Shown here piece by piece: positions 43,549-56,980 of a DNA stretch of 64,000 nt (position 1 is its first letter; each line of letters starts with the position of its first letter). The notes below the pieces were generated by a model. That model was not told the DNA's origin. It saw only the letters and a program-made list of their open reading frames with translations, and did not search any database. Where the stretch lies: NCBI GenBank assembly GCA_964035545.1, contig OZ037773.1, positions 7,841,751 to 7,905,750 of the forward strand. The letters run 5' to 3'. A program made the position numbers and the translations under genes. This DNA comes from Bugula neritina. Lineage: Eukaryota; Animalia; Bryozoa.

Positions 43549-43579
43549 TTATCTAAGCCGAATTGACTCAGAATTTTAA
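43450..43579 (+). pseudogene. Out-of-frame RNase H C-terminal remnant
   Basis: NSRVMRWAMYLQNFRIKVESIKGKDNVGADYLSR in ORF 43379..43579, the typical end of Ty3/Gypsy RNase H. Confidence 0.85.
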
Positions 43580-44920
43580 GTAGTTAGGAGAAATGATCAA
43601 GATAATTTCTCTTAGAATGGGGGGTTGTCACAAATTCTGAGTGTACATATATCTATAGACCTACCAGGTTTTTCCTAATGATTATACAGGAATGTTCATA
43701 AATATTCTAGACTAATCAAAGAGATGGGTCATTGTTCATTGTTACTATTTTGGTTAGTCATGTTAACTACTGCCCAGCAATGTAAACAAGGTATTGCGCA
43801 ATAATTGCGAAATAACCATGGAAATTCCAATGTTTTGTTTTGTTTTGATTTTCTATAAATAGTATTGGCATGTGGGGAATGTTTTCTACTAGAATCTTCT
43901 GTACTGGAATGCTTGAGAATATTCTAGAGCTTTTTGTTTACTATAAATACTGAGGCAGTTGTGTTTACAGTTCAGTTTATTCTCGCAGTTCCTTTTTATA
44001 AGTTCATTCTTGGAGTTCACTCTTATAAGTTCATCTGTGCATATCTTACTGAAGAAATAAAGTCTACTCTATTTACTCTCAACTGGATTAGCAAGCTGTA
44101 TGCTACTTGTCTCTATACTTCTGACTACCAGACTTTTCGAACTCGTCACACTGCTACCAACAGTTTTGTGACAACACCTACGGCATATACTAGCTGCAAC
44201 TGCAACAAGAACAAAAGGTAAAGTGTGTTCTATTATATATAAATATAAACATTTGGAAATTTATGATTTTTTATTAGGAATAATTAAGCAAGCAAAGCAG
44301 TTTAGCAACTCAATTTTATTTTTTAACTAATGGCCTACAATCAATTTATTTGTGTTGATATAAAATAAAAGCTCCTTGTTTTTTAATATAAATGCAATTG
44401 CAAAGTAACATTATTTAGGTAAATTAATTCACATAAAAATGTTTTTGAAAAGAATTGATGATTGCAAACTTGTGCTATATACTCACGGAATTTATAAATA
44501 TGCAAATAAACCATTTGAGTCATAGCTTAAAGCAGCACCACCTTTATGATGGAACCTTTCTTTTACCATTCATCAGACCTTTTAGTGCATTCATTAGTAA
44601 ATCACAAGTTGTTAAATTTTATTATTTTAATGCACTTTTCTTGGTGACCAAAAAAGTAGAATTTTAATAGCTCCAGATAGCTGTAATTTAAAAGGTGTTC
44701 AATCTTAGAGTTTGCACTGTTTTACTATTAAAATTCCCAACTGCGGGAATTTTGTCTGCATGGTGCTTTAGCTGTTTACTAATTTAAATACTTATATAAA
44801 AACACAAATATCTGAAAAGTTCTTATTGAGGTCTCACTTTACTTCATCTAAGCCACCCATACAGCTTAATGCTCTTTCGAATCACATAACTATTTCACAA
44901 TTCTATAATTTTATTTACAG

Positions 44921-47900
44921 ATGGAAATCCTCACAAGAAAAAGTGCAGCCTTTTCAACTTATTTGCATATCTTCTATGGTTTAATAATATCAGCTGCAGG
45001 AATTATCTTGTGTCCTGGGAACTACACATCCGAATCAACACCTACTAGCGGTAAGAAACTTAGGCAAAGTTGCACTGCTGTACCAGCCAGCACCAATATA
45101 TGTTCCAAAATATTCCTGAATAAGTTGTATATGAATTTAAATTATAGTTCACAGACTAAAACTAGGAGACTTCAGTATAGTAGCTGGTATGGGAGACAGC
45201 CTTACCACAGGTACTGGAGCTGAAGCTAAGAATTTTCTAGATACCCTGGTGGAATACAGAGGTCGATCATTTAGGTATTTCAAAAACATTTATTAACATT
45301 CGCTAAATCAAGGCCATTTGTTTGATAGCATCCTAAATTATTAGCATTCTATATATAGTTCAGAACTAACCAGATAACATGTCTATAAGCCACGCTATCT
45401 TCTGAAGCATATTATTATTCATATTAGTCATATACACTCTTTTTGTAGTACTGGAGGGGATATGAAATACCATAAAGGTGTTACTACATTTTCAAGTAAG
45501 CAAAGAAATTTGGCCAAAACATTTTTACATACAAAACTTGCAGCTGCGTAATAACACCTATATGATTTATATATTATCAATATTTCAATACAGATATCCT
45601 CAGAGTGTTTAATCCTAATATTCATGGATTTTCCATGGGAGCCGGAAATTCCAACTCTATTTTTGCTGGCCTGAACATTGGACAGTTTGGTGCATCTGCC
45701 AAGTATGTTAGAAAAATATTATTTATATTTTGCTAAGCTTTTTAAGGATGATAAATAACATATATTATTTATCATGCTTGTACCTTTCACACCTATGCAG
45801 GTTGTAAGCTGTGATAGATATTGGATACTATACAAAGAATTACTAGTACTAAAAATATCTATAGACGTAGACAAGAAGTGGTTTGTGTAAAGTTCTAACA
45901 TGTATAAAATTGTTTTTGTATAAAATCACAAAATTCAAAAGCTTGCATAAATTAATAATATTGTTTGGTGCAATTTGCTATACGCTAAGTTTATTTTATT
46001 ATCACAACAGATAAAAATTTTTGTTATATTTTTTTGATAAAAGTCAAAAATACAGTTCAAAACTTCATTCTACTGCTTTCTATAAATTTGAAATATTTGG
46101 GCATCAATTTTTTGTTGAGTTTACAGCCAAAGTCAAACTATGTATTATTTGAATTAGCACTTTTAGAGGAAATTGCCAAGTGAAGATATTTTTTACTTTA
46201 AATTTTATTCTTAGAGATATGCTGGCACAAGCCCGCTTGTTAGTGCAAAGAATCAAAGATAATGTGTGGATGGATATTGACAACGACTGGAAAGTAGTTA
46301 CAATACTTGTTGGAACGAATGACATGTGTAAATCTTGCCAAGATAAGGTTAGTAATAAAATACAAGGTAAGTTCTATAGTTCAGACTAATTTACATATTA
46401 TATTATGTAACAGACTTTAGAGCACAGCTGAATATATGCGAATATTTTTCTAATATATTACTAAAAAGCTCATGCAAGTTTATAGTTACTATCTCCGTGA
46501 GAAACTCCCAATGGAAAGGGTGTTTTTAAAGAGGGCTAAGGACTTATGTATCTTACAAAGGTTATTTCTAAATTATGATTTGTGCTACAAATATTCTTAC
46601 TAGTTCATATTTGGCATAAATCTGTAGCTATAACAAAGTTAGTGCAGGATGTTTTTGTTAAACAAGTCTTTTAATTTAAGATAATAGTTGTATAAATAAC
46701 AGAAAAATATTATTTAAATAAAAAACTGTATTCACCTGTCTAGACTCTAGTAGAAAAACACAAATTGAATATTTTAATGAAAATATTTTAATATTTTAAT
46801 AAAATTTTATTTGAGTAAAGTGGCTATTTCTTTCCATAATTTTAGAAAAAGTATTCAGTTGAAAATTACGTAAAGAATATAAAGGCAGCTCTTGACTATC
46901 TACACGCCAACTTACCAAGAACCTTGGTCAACTTTGTAGAGATGTATGGAATAGGGAAGGTTAGGGATATGGTTCGATCTCACTCAAGGTGTGAGCGCAA
47001 CCTCAGGTAAAGTTTGATAAGGTAACCATTAAACTGTTTGCGTATTCTATATACTGTTTTTATTTTGTTGTTTTGCTTGGTTTGTTTTTATCTTCTACAG
47101 CTAAATGTACAAGTATCATCATTTAAAATCAGTAATTATCAGAGCAACAACAATTTTAGCACCAAGCATGCTGGGCTAAAGACATACAGCTTTACCTGCA
47201 TCATTATGATTATGTTACCTGCACCATTGTGATTATTTTAAAGTTTGATAAGCATAATTTTATTGTAACTATTGCCATGTTTAGTACTAAAGTTTTGATT
47301 CTACTGGCAATACTTTGCGTATAGCAGGTAACTATGCTCTTTAGAATATTAAGATAGTGTTAGCAAGGGTACTGTTATTGTAACGTGATGATGTGCTATA
47401 GACTTTAAGAAAAAAACTTAAAAAACTGTTCTCTTTTCAAAATAAATATTCCAGCATATAATTAGTTCTTGGCGTCTTTTTTGTTTATTGCAGTCATGTT
47501 AATATCTAATTTGTAAGCATCAATTTCACATTATACAGTGTATATCAGACATGCACATATAATATGCTTTGTTGATATTGCATAAAATGGCATAAAATTT
47601 CTCCATACTTTGATATATTATAAGCCATTCACAGGCTTTGATTGATGACAAGCCATGCAATCTTAATGAGTCACAATGAATACAAAAATTCATGTTTTCT
47701 CACATATGCAAATTAAAATATTATGCATTTAAAAATTAGTAAATACTAAAATGATTCAAAATTTACTTGGTTGTATAAGTAATAGCTAATAACACATAAA
47801 ATGTTGGCATATTCCATCTGAGCTCTTAGTAATATAAATTTATTCCCCCTCCTCTCTCTAGACTGCACTACTGTCCCTGTGTGACTAAATCAGATGTAAC

Positions 47901-49340
47901 AGAGTTGGATACTCTGACTAAGAGTTATGCAGATGCTGTCCAGAGACTGGTTAGTAACGGCAGGTATGATACGAAGAAGGACTTCACAGTTGTTATTCAG
48001 CCCTTCCTTAGAGATATGACTGCCCCAAAGTTTAGAGTGAGTTTCACAATCACCACTGGGCTAGATGGCTGTGTAATGCTTTATTATCCACAGGTCTTGT
48101 GTCAGCTGTTATTGCATTGTGTTTTACAGTTAGATTAGTGCAGTTTGCAGTTTTTTATAAATAAATAAAATATTTGTTTATTTTAAAATTTATCCTGTGC
48201 AAGCTAACAAAAATTATTGCCTAATTTCTATTAATAGAATTGCATTATATACATATAAATAGAATCAGATTGAATGATTTTTGAAAGTTTTTACTACGTG
48301 GTAGTATAATTTTTCATGCACAACAAACTAATATATTATATGCAAAATGTTTTAGAATAACACCCCTGATGCAACATATTTTGCACCGGACTGTGTGCAC
48401 TGGAGCAGTAAAGGTCACAATGTGATGGGTATAGCTCTCTGGAACACTATGGTAGGCGTAGTTAAAGTGACTCTCAGCCAATAAAATTATTAGACTATTA
48501 GAAAGGCAATAGTTATGACATTAGAATAAACCCATTATTGTCTTTCTTTTATAGTAAAGTGCCACAATTTAAATTTTTAGAGAATGAAAAAAATTTAAAT
48601 TGATGCTTGTCTTTTGCATTTTGAACTAAATATCTTTTAATTAAAATCTATCAGTCCACATTTCTGATATGCTGCCAATAATAACATAAAATACTAGCAG
48701 CAGGTATGACAACTCCTCAAGTCATGAACTAAAAGAGCTTATTTGACTCATATTCACCTGATAGCTATTTCTATCATTTCAACATTTTATTACAGCTGCA
48801 CAAAGTAGGAGAAAAGCAGGAGTATGTCAATATTCATGACCAACCAAAATGTCCATATGTAAGTGAATCTTTTTATCAATATTGCTATGTAGTTTAAGTT
48901 TATGTTATAAAATGTTGTTCTACCCATAGATATTAGAAAAAAAAAACAGTAAGCAAAATTTGAAAAGAATCTTTTTAGTGAAACGTACTCAAATATAAAC
49001 GTTAGCCAGCGGAAACATGCAAATATACAGGAGGGAGTAACTGCTGTATATTGACAGATGTTTTACTACATACAGTGTGTTTATATGATGCTTAGAACTT
49101 TTGTTAGAACTTTAAGTATACATGAATATGTGGTAATTATAGCAGAAGCTCAAAATGTCTAATTTTTAATTTTAGACCAAGTTCATACCAACCAGACTCA
49201 ACATCAGTGACGGCACTGTTGCCATCCTCAAACCTAAGCATACTGGAAGTCACAACAAAAACAACAGCAGCTCACAGGGATTGCATCACCAATCAGTAAT
49301 ATTGTTAGTGCTGTGTGTTTTCAACATGATTTTTGGCTAA
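44921..49340 (+). CDS. Phospholipase B1-like GDSL/SGNH lipase, single domain, signal peptide and hydrophobic C-tail
   Basis: About ten exons: PTSVHRLK.GD..VAGMGDSLTTG, EYRGRSF, WKVVTILVGTND, YDTKKDFTVVIQPF, YFAPDCVHWSSKGH (DxxH), ending SVILLVLCVFNMIFG* at 49340. Confidence 0.9.
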
Positions 49341-50628
49341 GTATACTGCATGACTGTCAGAAGCGAGTCTTCATATTGTAAATGCATATAGTGTAGCTTT
49401 GATTACAAACATGTATATGTGTTTTGAGAATCAGAGTGAAACTTTTAACCAATCAGGAACCATAAAGTGAAAAAGCTACAGTATTTTGTTTAAATTATAT
49501 GAGGGAATCAATTGCAAAGCTGGGATCAGTAACTTTAAAAACTGTGATAGGTTTTTGTTTCTAATGAATAATTTATTACAGCTCTCAAACAGATATACAG
49601 TCATTTACTGGTGAAACTAAGAGAAGCAAAAATATTACAGAATTTCAGCTGGTTTTAAAAGAATCTGATAATCTAATAAACAAAAAAATATTCCAAAATA
49701 ATTATTCACTCAATCCTCAGGTAGAACAAATAGATGTAACACTTATTTCATGAGCAAGAGAAATATAATAATAAAAGAGGATAGAGGATTCAGAGAGTTA
49801 TAGCATTTGTTTACAGTCCATACTCTTCTTTTTTATATTACGCAGATCTATAGAGATTTTTCTTAGGACAGAAATTTTAAAAGCTAGGTTGTCATTTACT
49901 GTTTAAAAAGCACAATTGAATGTAAATAAAATTATAAATTTTTTTCAGATTTTTTTGAATTTCAGTAAATACTAATAAAATAATATTATTTCTACAATAT
50001 CACAATAGCAGGATATATCATAGCTTATACTATATAGTTTCAAAAAAAAATATATAGTAATGCTACACTTGATTAATTTTTTTTTGGAGATTTGATTTTT
50101 TTATAAATAGAAACAAGTAATTGTAAATTGAATATTTAGTCATTCATTACATGGAGCAAAAGATATTTTTTATCAATATAAACGAGGTGAATGCAGCTTA
50201 CTCATGAAAGACCCACACTGTTTGAAAATGTTAATAGTTTATGATATAATTCTTTTTATATTTTAGTTCTGGGCATCTAGAGATCTTGCTAAAAAAAGAA
50301 AGGCTAAAATTTTGTCACTTAGTGTTTAAAAAACATAATTGAATAAATGAAATTTAATTTTTTTTAAGATTTTTAGATTTTTTTAAACTTAGAACATCAC
50401 CACTACAAAGTTACTATTGTCAGTTTTCAAATTTAGCAATATTTCTAATGTTGATCTCAATTTAACACTGAGAATAGAAACTGCCATATATATGTGAAAA
50501 AATTAATAATTTGAAATTTTAAGAGTCAATTGACAGTTCTCATATAGGTAATGGTTTCTACCCTTGACATTGGTAAACCACTTTTATGTAAAGAATTATG
50601 CCTTGCTGCCTTGCCATTATTTGTCGAG

Positions 50629-53600
50629 TTATTTAGATACAGAGCTGCAAACAGGGATAAGCGATCTTCGCTTTTGAGGATAAATTTTCTTCTTTAAGGG
50701 TGCGAGAGAACCAGCTGATGTCACTAGTCTCGGTATTTTAGATTTCTTCATTGAGTGAGCACCACCTACAGCAGCATAGAAATAAATAAAGTTATTAGAT
50801 TACATAATATATCTTAGCAGACCAATGAAATTTTATGAATTATTTGCAAAATACAATTCTAATATATTTCAAGATGTGAAGTGGTAAGAATAAAGTTTTT
50901 TGGGTAAATTGCAATCAAAAAGCACAGGGATGGTATCTCTTTATTCGATTCTATACATAGTCATGAGCAAGAATATTGCAACTTGTTCTAATGAACTACT
51001 AAAGTTGCGTTTATACCTCTGCTGAAAAAAGTACCGAGTTTAAGTTAATAACGCTTTTCCGGGTACCCCTTTATAGTCAAACTTAAACTCGTTGAAATCA
51101 TATTGATGCGGTTGCTCACTTTCTGAAATTGAAATCGTGAAGGTATAAACGCTACTTAAGTAACAGTACATGTACAGCAAGTATTACCAGTAAACTCCAA
51201 TTTATCAGATACATTCAGCTCATTATCAAGTGATGCTAATATTTAGCTGTAGGATACTAGTACTATCTACTCACCAACTCTTCTCATACAGGAGCAAGAT
51301 ACATCAGTTTCACTGGAACACAGGCTAAGCTGGAGTTGTCTTCTGATTTGATAATCAGTTCTTATTTTTCTCTCATTATCCTTTAAAAAATCAAAACTTG
51401 GGAGTTATACTATTTTTGAGTAACAATAAATTTTTACCACAAAGTTTTTACATTTTGCAGTGAACCTTGAAGACCAGAACTTTTAATGTTTGTATGACAG
51501 TCTTAGCCAAATTTTGGGCAAAAATATTCACAAAAAATTGTATAATTAAGTTAAATTACTCAAATTTGCCAAAATTTAAAACATACTATCTGTTTCCTTA
51601 TAAAATATAAAAATAGTTTCATGTCGATTATATCAACTTACCTCAAAAGAATCTACAGAAGATGTTTCCCATCTGTCATCTTGAGTATCTAGGTCAACTT
51701 GTAAATCGTTATTATCACCTCTTGGTACTCTTGAGCCAATCATATTAGCTGAACTACTTTTTGCTGAAACCTTATTCAAAAATGAATCTGTCCAGGAGGC
51801 AAGTTCAGCCATAGACTTCATTGCTTCATCCAATACATCGTTTTTGGAAAGACTTTCATAAGTTGTTGGTATATCAACTTCCCATTCTTCTTCCTCTATC
51901 GTTGGCAATGTATGGATGTATAATCTGTCATATTCTACTGAATCTTGTTCATCTTCTTCAGTAGCTCTGATGTTTTCATTTGCTGAAGCCAGATTAGATT
52001 TAAACAACTTTTTTGTTGCATTTGTAACAATATCATCGATTATTTCACTAACAAAAGTTCTTGTCTTTAATTCCTCAAGATTGGCTCTAGCTTGAGAAAG
52101 TTTCTGGGCACTCATAGCGAATTTCAGATCAATCTCATCATTAGCTGGTGCTGCCTTCATCTCAGAGATTGCTGTTGTTGACTTTGAGTTGTTGTTCTCA
52201 ACATTATTAGGAGCCTTAGCTTCTTTTTCTATCATGGGTGTTTCTTTTCCAGCCATAGAAGGAACTTGAAGGTTTTTAACTTCTACCTTCTTGTCTAATG
52301 ATGTAGCATTTGTGGTTACGGAGTCATCATGGCTGTCTCCTGACTTAGTTCCTGTGACTGACACACTCGTGTAGCTCGAATCTGTATGATAATTTTCATC
52401 TTGGGAGGCTCTTTGCTTAAAAAACTGGTCGAGACAGGAAAGCGTTGTCATATTTCGGTTTCTTCGCTTGTTTTTCGCCTTTGTGCTGCTGGTTGTTGAC
52501 GCTGGAATCGGTGGCCCTTGACCTTGAGATGTTGGGTAGCAGATTGCTTTCAATAGACACTTGTCACTCTGAAATTGGATATTCTCTGGGGCTGTTAGAT
52601 TCTTCTGGCATTGATCATTTGAGTTGACTGGGTTAGGTGTTGGCTGGGTGTCTTTAATGACGGAGCCCAAGTTACGTTTGAACAACTTTTTTGTTGCATC
52701 TGTAACAATATTGTTTATTACTTCATTGACAAGAGCTCTTTTCTTTAACTCCTCGACATTGGTTTGAGCTTGAAAAAGTTTCTCTGCACTCTTAGTGACT
52801 TTCAGCTCAGTGTCATCATTAGCTGGTGCTGCCTTCATCTCAGAGATTGCTGTTGTTGACTTTGAGTTGTTGATCTCAATACTATCAGAAGCCTTAGCCT
52901 CTTTTTCCATCATGGGTGTCTCTTTTCCGGCCATAGAAGGAACTTGAAGGTTTTTAACTTCTACCTCCTTGTCTACTGATGTAGTAATTGTGGTTAAGGA
53001 GACACTAGGGTTTACGGAGTCATCATGGCTGTCTCCTGACTTAGTTCCTGTGACTGACACACTTGTGTAGCTTGAATCTGTATGAGAATTTACATCCTGG
53101 GAAGTTCTCTCCTTGAAAAACTGGTCGAGACAGGAAAGCGCTGTCATATTTCGGTCTCTTCGTTTGCTTCTCGCCTTTCTGCTGCTGGTTGTTGGCGCTG
53201 GAATCGGTGGCCCTTGAGATGTTGAGTTGCCGACGGTTTTTGATTGACACTTGTCACTCTGAAAATGAACATCATCTGAGGTTTTCAGATTCTGCTGGCC
53301 TCCGTCATTTGAGTTGACTGGGTTAGTGGCTAAAGTTAAACATATATTAATTTTATTCTAGTAATTTTATTCAATTTTTTTTATTTAAAGCAAAACAACT
53401 ATCATGAAAATGCTTGAATTTGAATCTAAACATTAATTTTTTTAAAAGGCATCTTTATCTATAATTGTTTAATGAAAATGCTTACTTTGAATGCCAGTGG
53501 TTTGGAAATCTGAAACAACATCTGTCTGGGTATTTCCGTCTTGAGTAGAAGAGACCCTGGTTTGAGTTTTCCCATCCTGAGTATATTGCACACTGGTTTG

Positions 53601-54452
53601 CGTGTTTCCATTAGCAGTGGATATGACAACTCCTTGACTGCCAACTTCACGGGTCTCATTTCCACTTCTTTGACTTGAAGCATCACAAACCGCTTTGCTG
53701 TTTGTTTGAACAGCTATTCCACAAGTTTTCTTCACCACTGTTTGTGTGAAAGCTGTTGCAGTCTTTATGGATGGCTTTTCTCTTGTGAGATTGACATCAG
53801 CTAAAAAGTAGAAAAACTTTCAATGAGTACAAAACATCTGTGTGCATGAAACAAATCTTTGCATAGACCTTTTGCTCAGCCACAATTTTGATTATCACTT
53901 TTCTAAGTATTTTTCTCGTATAATTTTTAAATTTTCAACAATAGTATATTTTATTAATGAGAAAGTTAGATGCAAAGGCTTCTTATACCAAATTTTTACA
54001 ATCTCGTGAAATTATTAGGTTATGTTTTGTTACACTATGCAACTAATAATGTTAGAATATGATATATACAAATTAATTATTTTTATCACACATTATATTA
54101 TTACTATAGTATTATAATATATCATCATATTACTACAACACATAAATACCACATGTGACATAGAATATTACATCAAATTATTTTATATAATACTGTATGG
54201 TACTGCATTACATTATATTATATTATATTCAAATTAATTATATCACATTATGTTATACTAATTTACAACACATATTAACTCACTCTGACACCCAGTATGA
54301 GTTCTTAGTGGGCAGGAAGTCTCAGTGCTACGAGATAACACCACAGACACTTTTGGATTGGAGTTGTCTGACATTTTCTGTTTACGTCTTTTGACAGTCA
54401 CCATTATTAGAGCCACAATGGTAAGAAACAGGATCTCTCTGATATAAGACAT
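50629..54452 (-). CDS. Orphan anchored TQT/SxIP protein, copy 2
   Basis: Same five-exon structure and open frame; MSYIREILFLTIVALIMVTVKRRK start; KSKIPRL and RSLIPV retained. Confidence 0.75.
51003..51156. mobile_element. 154-bp PIF/Harbinger (Tourist-like) MITE
   Basis: TIRs AGTTGCGTTTATACCT / AGGTATAAACGCTACT (one mismatch); TAA TSD; paralogous empty site ctacTAAgt at ~30536-30544. Confidence 0.9.
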
Positions 54453-55642
54453 TCTGAAATATAAAGCTGATAATTTGTATTTGTGTAGAGAAAAGGAGAG
54501 TGTTTTTGTTGGGTCAAACGTTGCTTCTGAAAAAAGTATTTTTCTTTAAAACTTGCTAAAATAATTGTTCCAACTTTTTCGAGTTACATCCGATTTTACA
54601 ATAAACAAAAATATTGCAAGCTACAAGATAAATAGTTTAGCATCTTTTTGACTACTTTAGTTTCTTTAAAAGGAGGTAATTGTTTAGAGCATAACCAGAT
54701 ATGGTTTAGTAGAAATTTATTCTCCACTTACCCATCTAACTGGAGATAATCTATGGCAGTATTAGCCTGTGAGCCTGTTTTTAGGATTAGCCTGAGACAA
54801 TAACTCCAACATACTGCAAGGTTATACATCAGATTATAGATTAAAACCTGCACATGCTAGCTGAGTATAAATTAGACCGGCATTAGTATAGAAATTCGTG
54901 ACTGCAAGGAAATATCACAAAAATCTATCACAGACTCATAACCCTTCATTCAACTCTAACTAATATTATGCAATAATGTATTGGTATTACTAGCAACATC
55001 AGAGAATAACATTCATAAAACTAAGTTAGTTTAACACAGGATAATTCAAATAAACATTGGCAGACAGTGTGATAACTCATGTGGGTTTAGAAAAAAAATT
55101 GTAAAAACAAAACAGAAACTAGAAAATTTACCTTCCAATGCATTTGGAATATGTGGAGGTTCAACATCATAACTAAAAATTACCAAATAAAAAATGTAGA
55201 CAATATGCTTTCATAAATATTAAATTAAAAAAGACTGCGTTGTTTTTATAACCAATTTACATCATAATTTTGGAGCATCCTATTTTACACCTATTTAATA
55301 TATAAAACCATGCAACCTGTGAAATAATTGAGTCCTACAATATTGCATCAGAATAGTATCTGCTTTTGTTAAAAAGTTGTAAAAAATTATAGCTGATGCC
55401 AATGTACACATATTTATAGTTAAATTTACTTACAAATATCCTATAAACCTTTGCAGAACTGACTTGGGTTTCTCAACACGGAAACATTTATCTGTAATTA
55501 TAACATAAAGGCATTAATAGTTTAAGTTATGGTAAAAGCTTTCAGTTTCTCATATGCATAGAATGTGCTATAAATAGAATTCTAGAAATGGACAAACTGC
55601 ATGTTACACTCTCTTAACTTGTGCATAAATAATGTATATATT

Positions 55643-56130
55643 ATATATTTAGTATTGATACTTCATACTATATCGAATATAACAAACTTATTTACTCATT
55701 TAAAATTATGACTACAAATTTGCTTCGCGTAGTATGAACCTTGCCCATCAGGTCGTTATGGTCGGGTGATTTTGTTTTAGAATTTATATTGTTTGTGTAT
55801 TGCTACGCGAGTTTCTCCGTAATGAGCGTCTCCTAAATGCGCAAGCAAAAATATTTCTTTTGTGCTTACGCGTGCTAATAAGTGCTTCACGTAACCTTAC
55901 AACAACTGGAGTTATCCTCCCCCAACATGCGTGACATTTTGCTTGCGCATTTAGGAGACGCCAATTAAGAATATCGCGTAGCAATACACAAACAAAATAA
56001 ATTCCCAAACAAAATCACCCGACCATAACGACCTTTTGATAGTAGTTTATACTACACGAAACAAATAATTTGCAGTTATTTAAATGAGTAAATAAGTTTA
56101 TTATATCCAATATATTATTAATACTAAATA
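55643..56130. mobile_element. Foldback/MITE-like element (copy 2)
   Basis: Paralog of 35083-35540 with long inverted arms. Confidence 0.7.
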
Positions 56131-56902
56131 TAAATACTCTATCTTTTCGAAATGTTGAGTTCTCTTAATTCAGTTTTTTATCATAGAAACTATATATACT
56201 TTACATAATATAGTTGTGACTCAATAGCTCTTAGCTATGCTATAGATTAGTACTAGCATAAATATTTAAAAATACTGCAGATACACTCATTGACCATTGC
56301 TACTGAAATTAGTATTATATTAACATGCTTCACACAGCAAGTCTTTACCACAAGCCTGCAGAATCATACTTTATAACAGTAGCAGTTATAAACTATGGCA
56401 AGTATAATAACCAACAAAAGTAAATCCTAACTATATAGTCTTTATAATGAGAACTAGACTGAAAATACCTGCTTGCTGAGATGAGTCAGTGCATATGTCA
56501 CTCACATTAATAAATATAAATTACTATAATAATATTATGATGACTATACGACACATCTACGTTGAATAGCATTAGAATATATTGTAGTTGTTTAACGTTG
56601 TAGTATAATGAAAATATAGCTTACCCAATTCTTCAAGGTTTAGTATGCTGTTCAAAATACAGAACAGATGAGTTAATAATACAGAGAAATCCATATTAAT
56701 ATTACATTTACATCAATATAATCATAGCAATACAGTACAAGTTAAGATAAAATCTTCTAGCTGTGTACACAAATATGCTGCAAGTGAAGTGGGCAACAAT
56801 GGTTTTTAGAATCAACATTGAGTTTAAGTTATTTACGTTCATCTTCAACAATCATATTATATTCATATATATAAATTGTTGTAGAAATATTATATTGTAG
56901 AA

Positions 56903-56980
56903 ATATATATAAAATATAATTTATACAATAATAAATTATATATATAATTTATTATTGTATAAATTATATTTTATATATAT
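56903..56980. repeat. Perfect 78-bp AT-rich palindrome
   Basis: Arm atatatataaaatataatttatacaataataaattatat followed directly by its reverse complement; centre at 56941/56942. Confidence 0.9.

Larger units (their letters stand above)
39761..44173 (+). mobile_element. Ty3/Gypsy Gmr1-like LTR retrotransposon lacking RT
   Basis: 548-bp LTRs at 39761-40308 and 43626-44173 (TGTCACAAA...TTTGTGACA); 5-bp TSD ACACC (39756-39760, 44174-44178); PBS TGGGGGCTGCTCCGGGA (tRNA-Pro-like); PPT AGAATGGGGGG. Confidence 0.97.
50440..56890. repeat. Segmental duplication, copy 2
   Basis: Direct repeat of ~29980-36295. Confidence 0.95.

Noticed and set aside
29980-56890. Duplication as uncollapsed haplotype, or as LTRs of a giant element
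   Set aside because: Copies differ by many substitutions, indels and a MITE; no TG..CA ends, TSD or PBS. Read depth would confirm.
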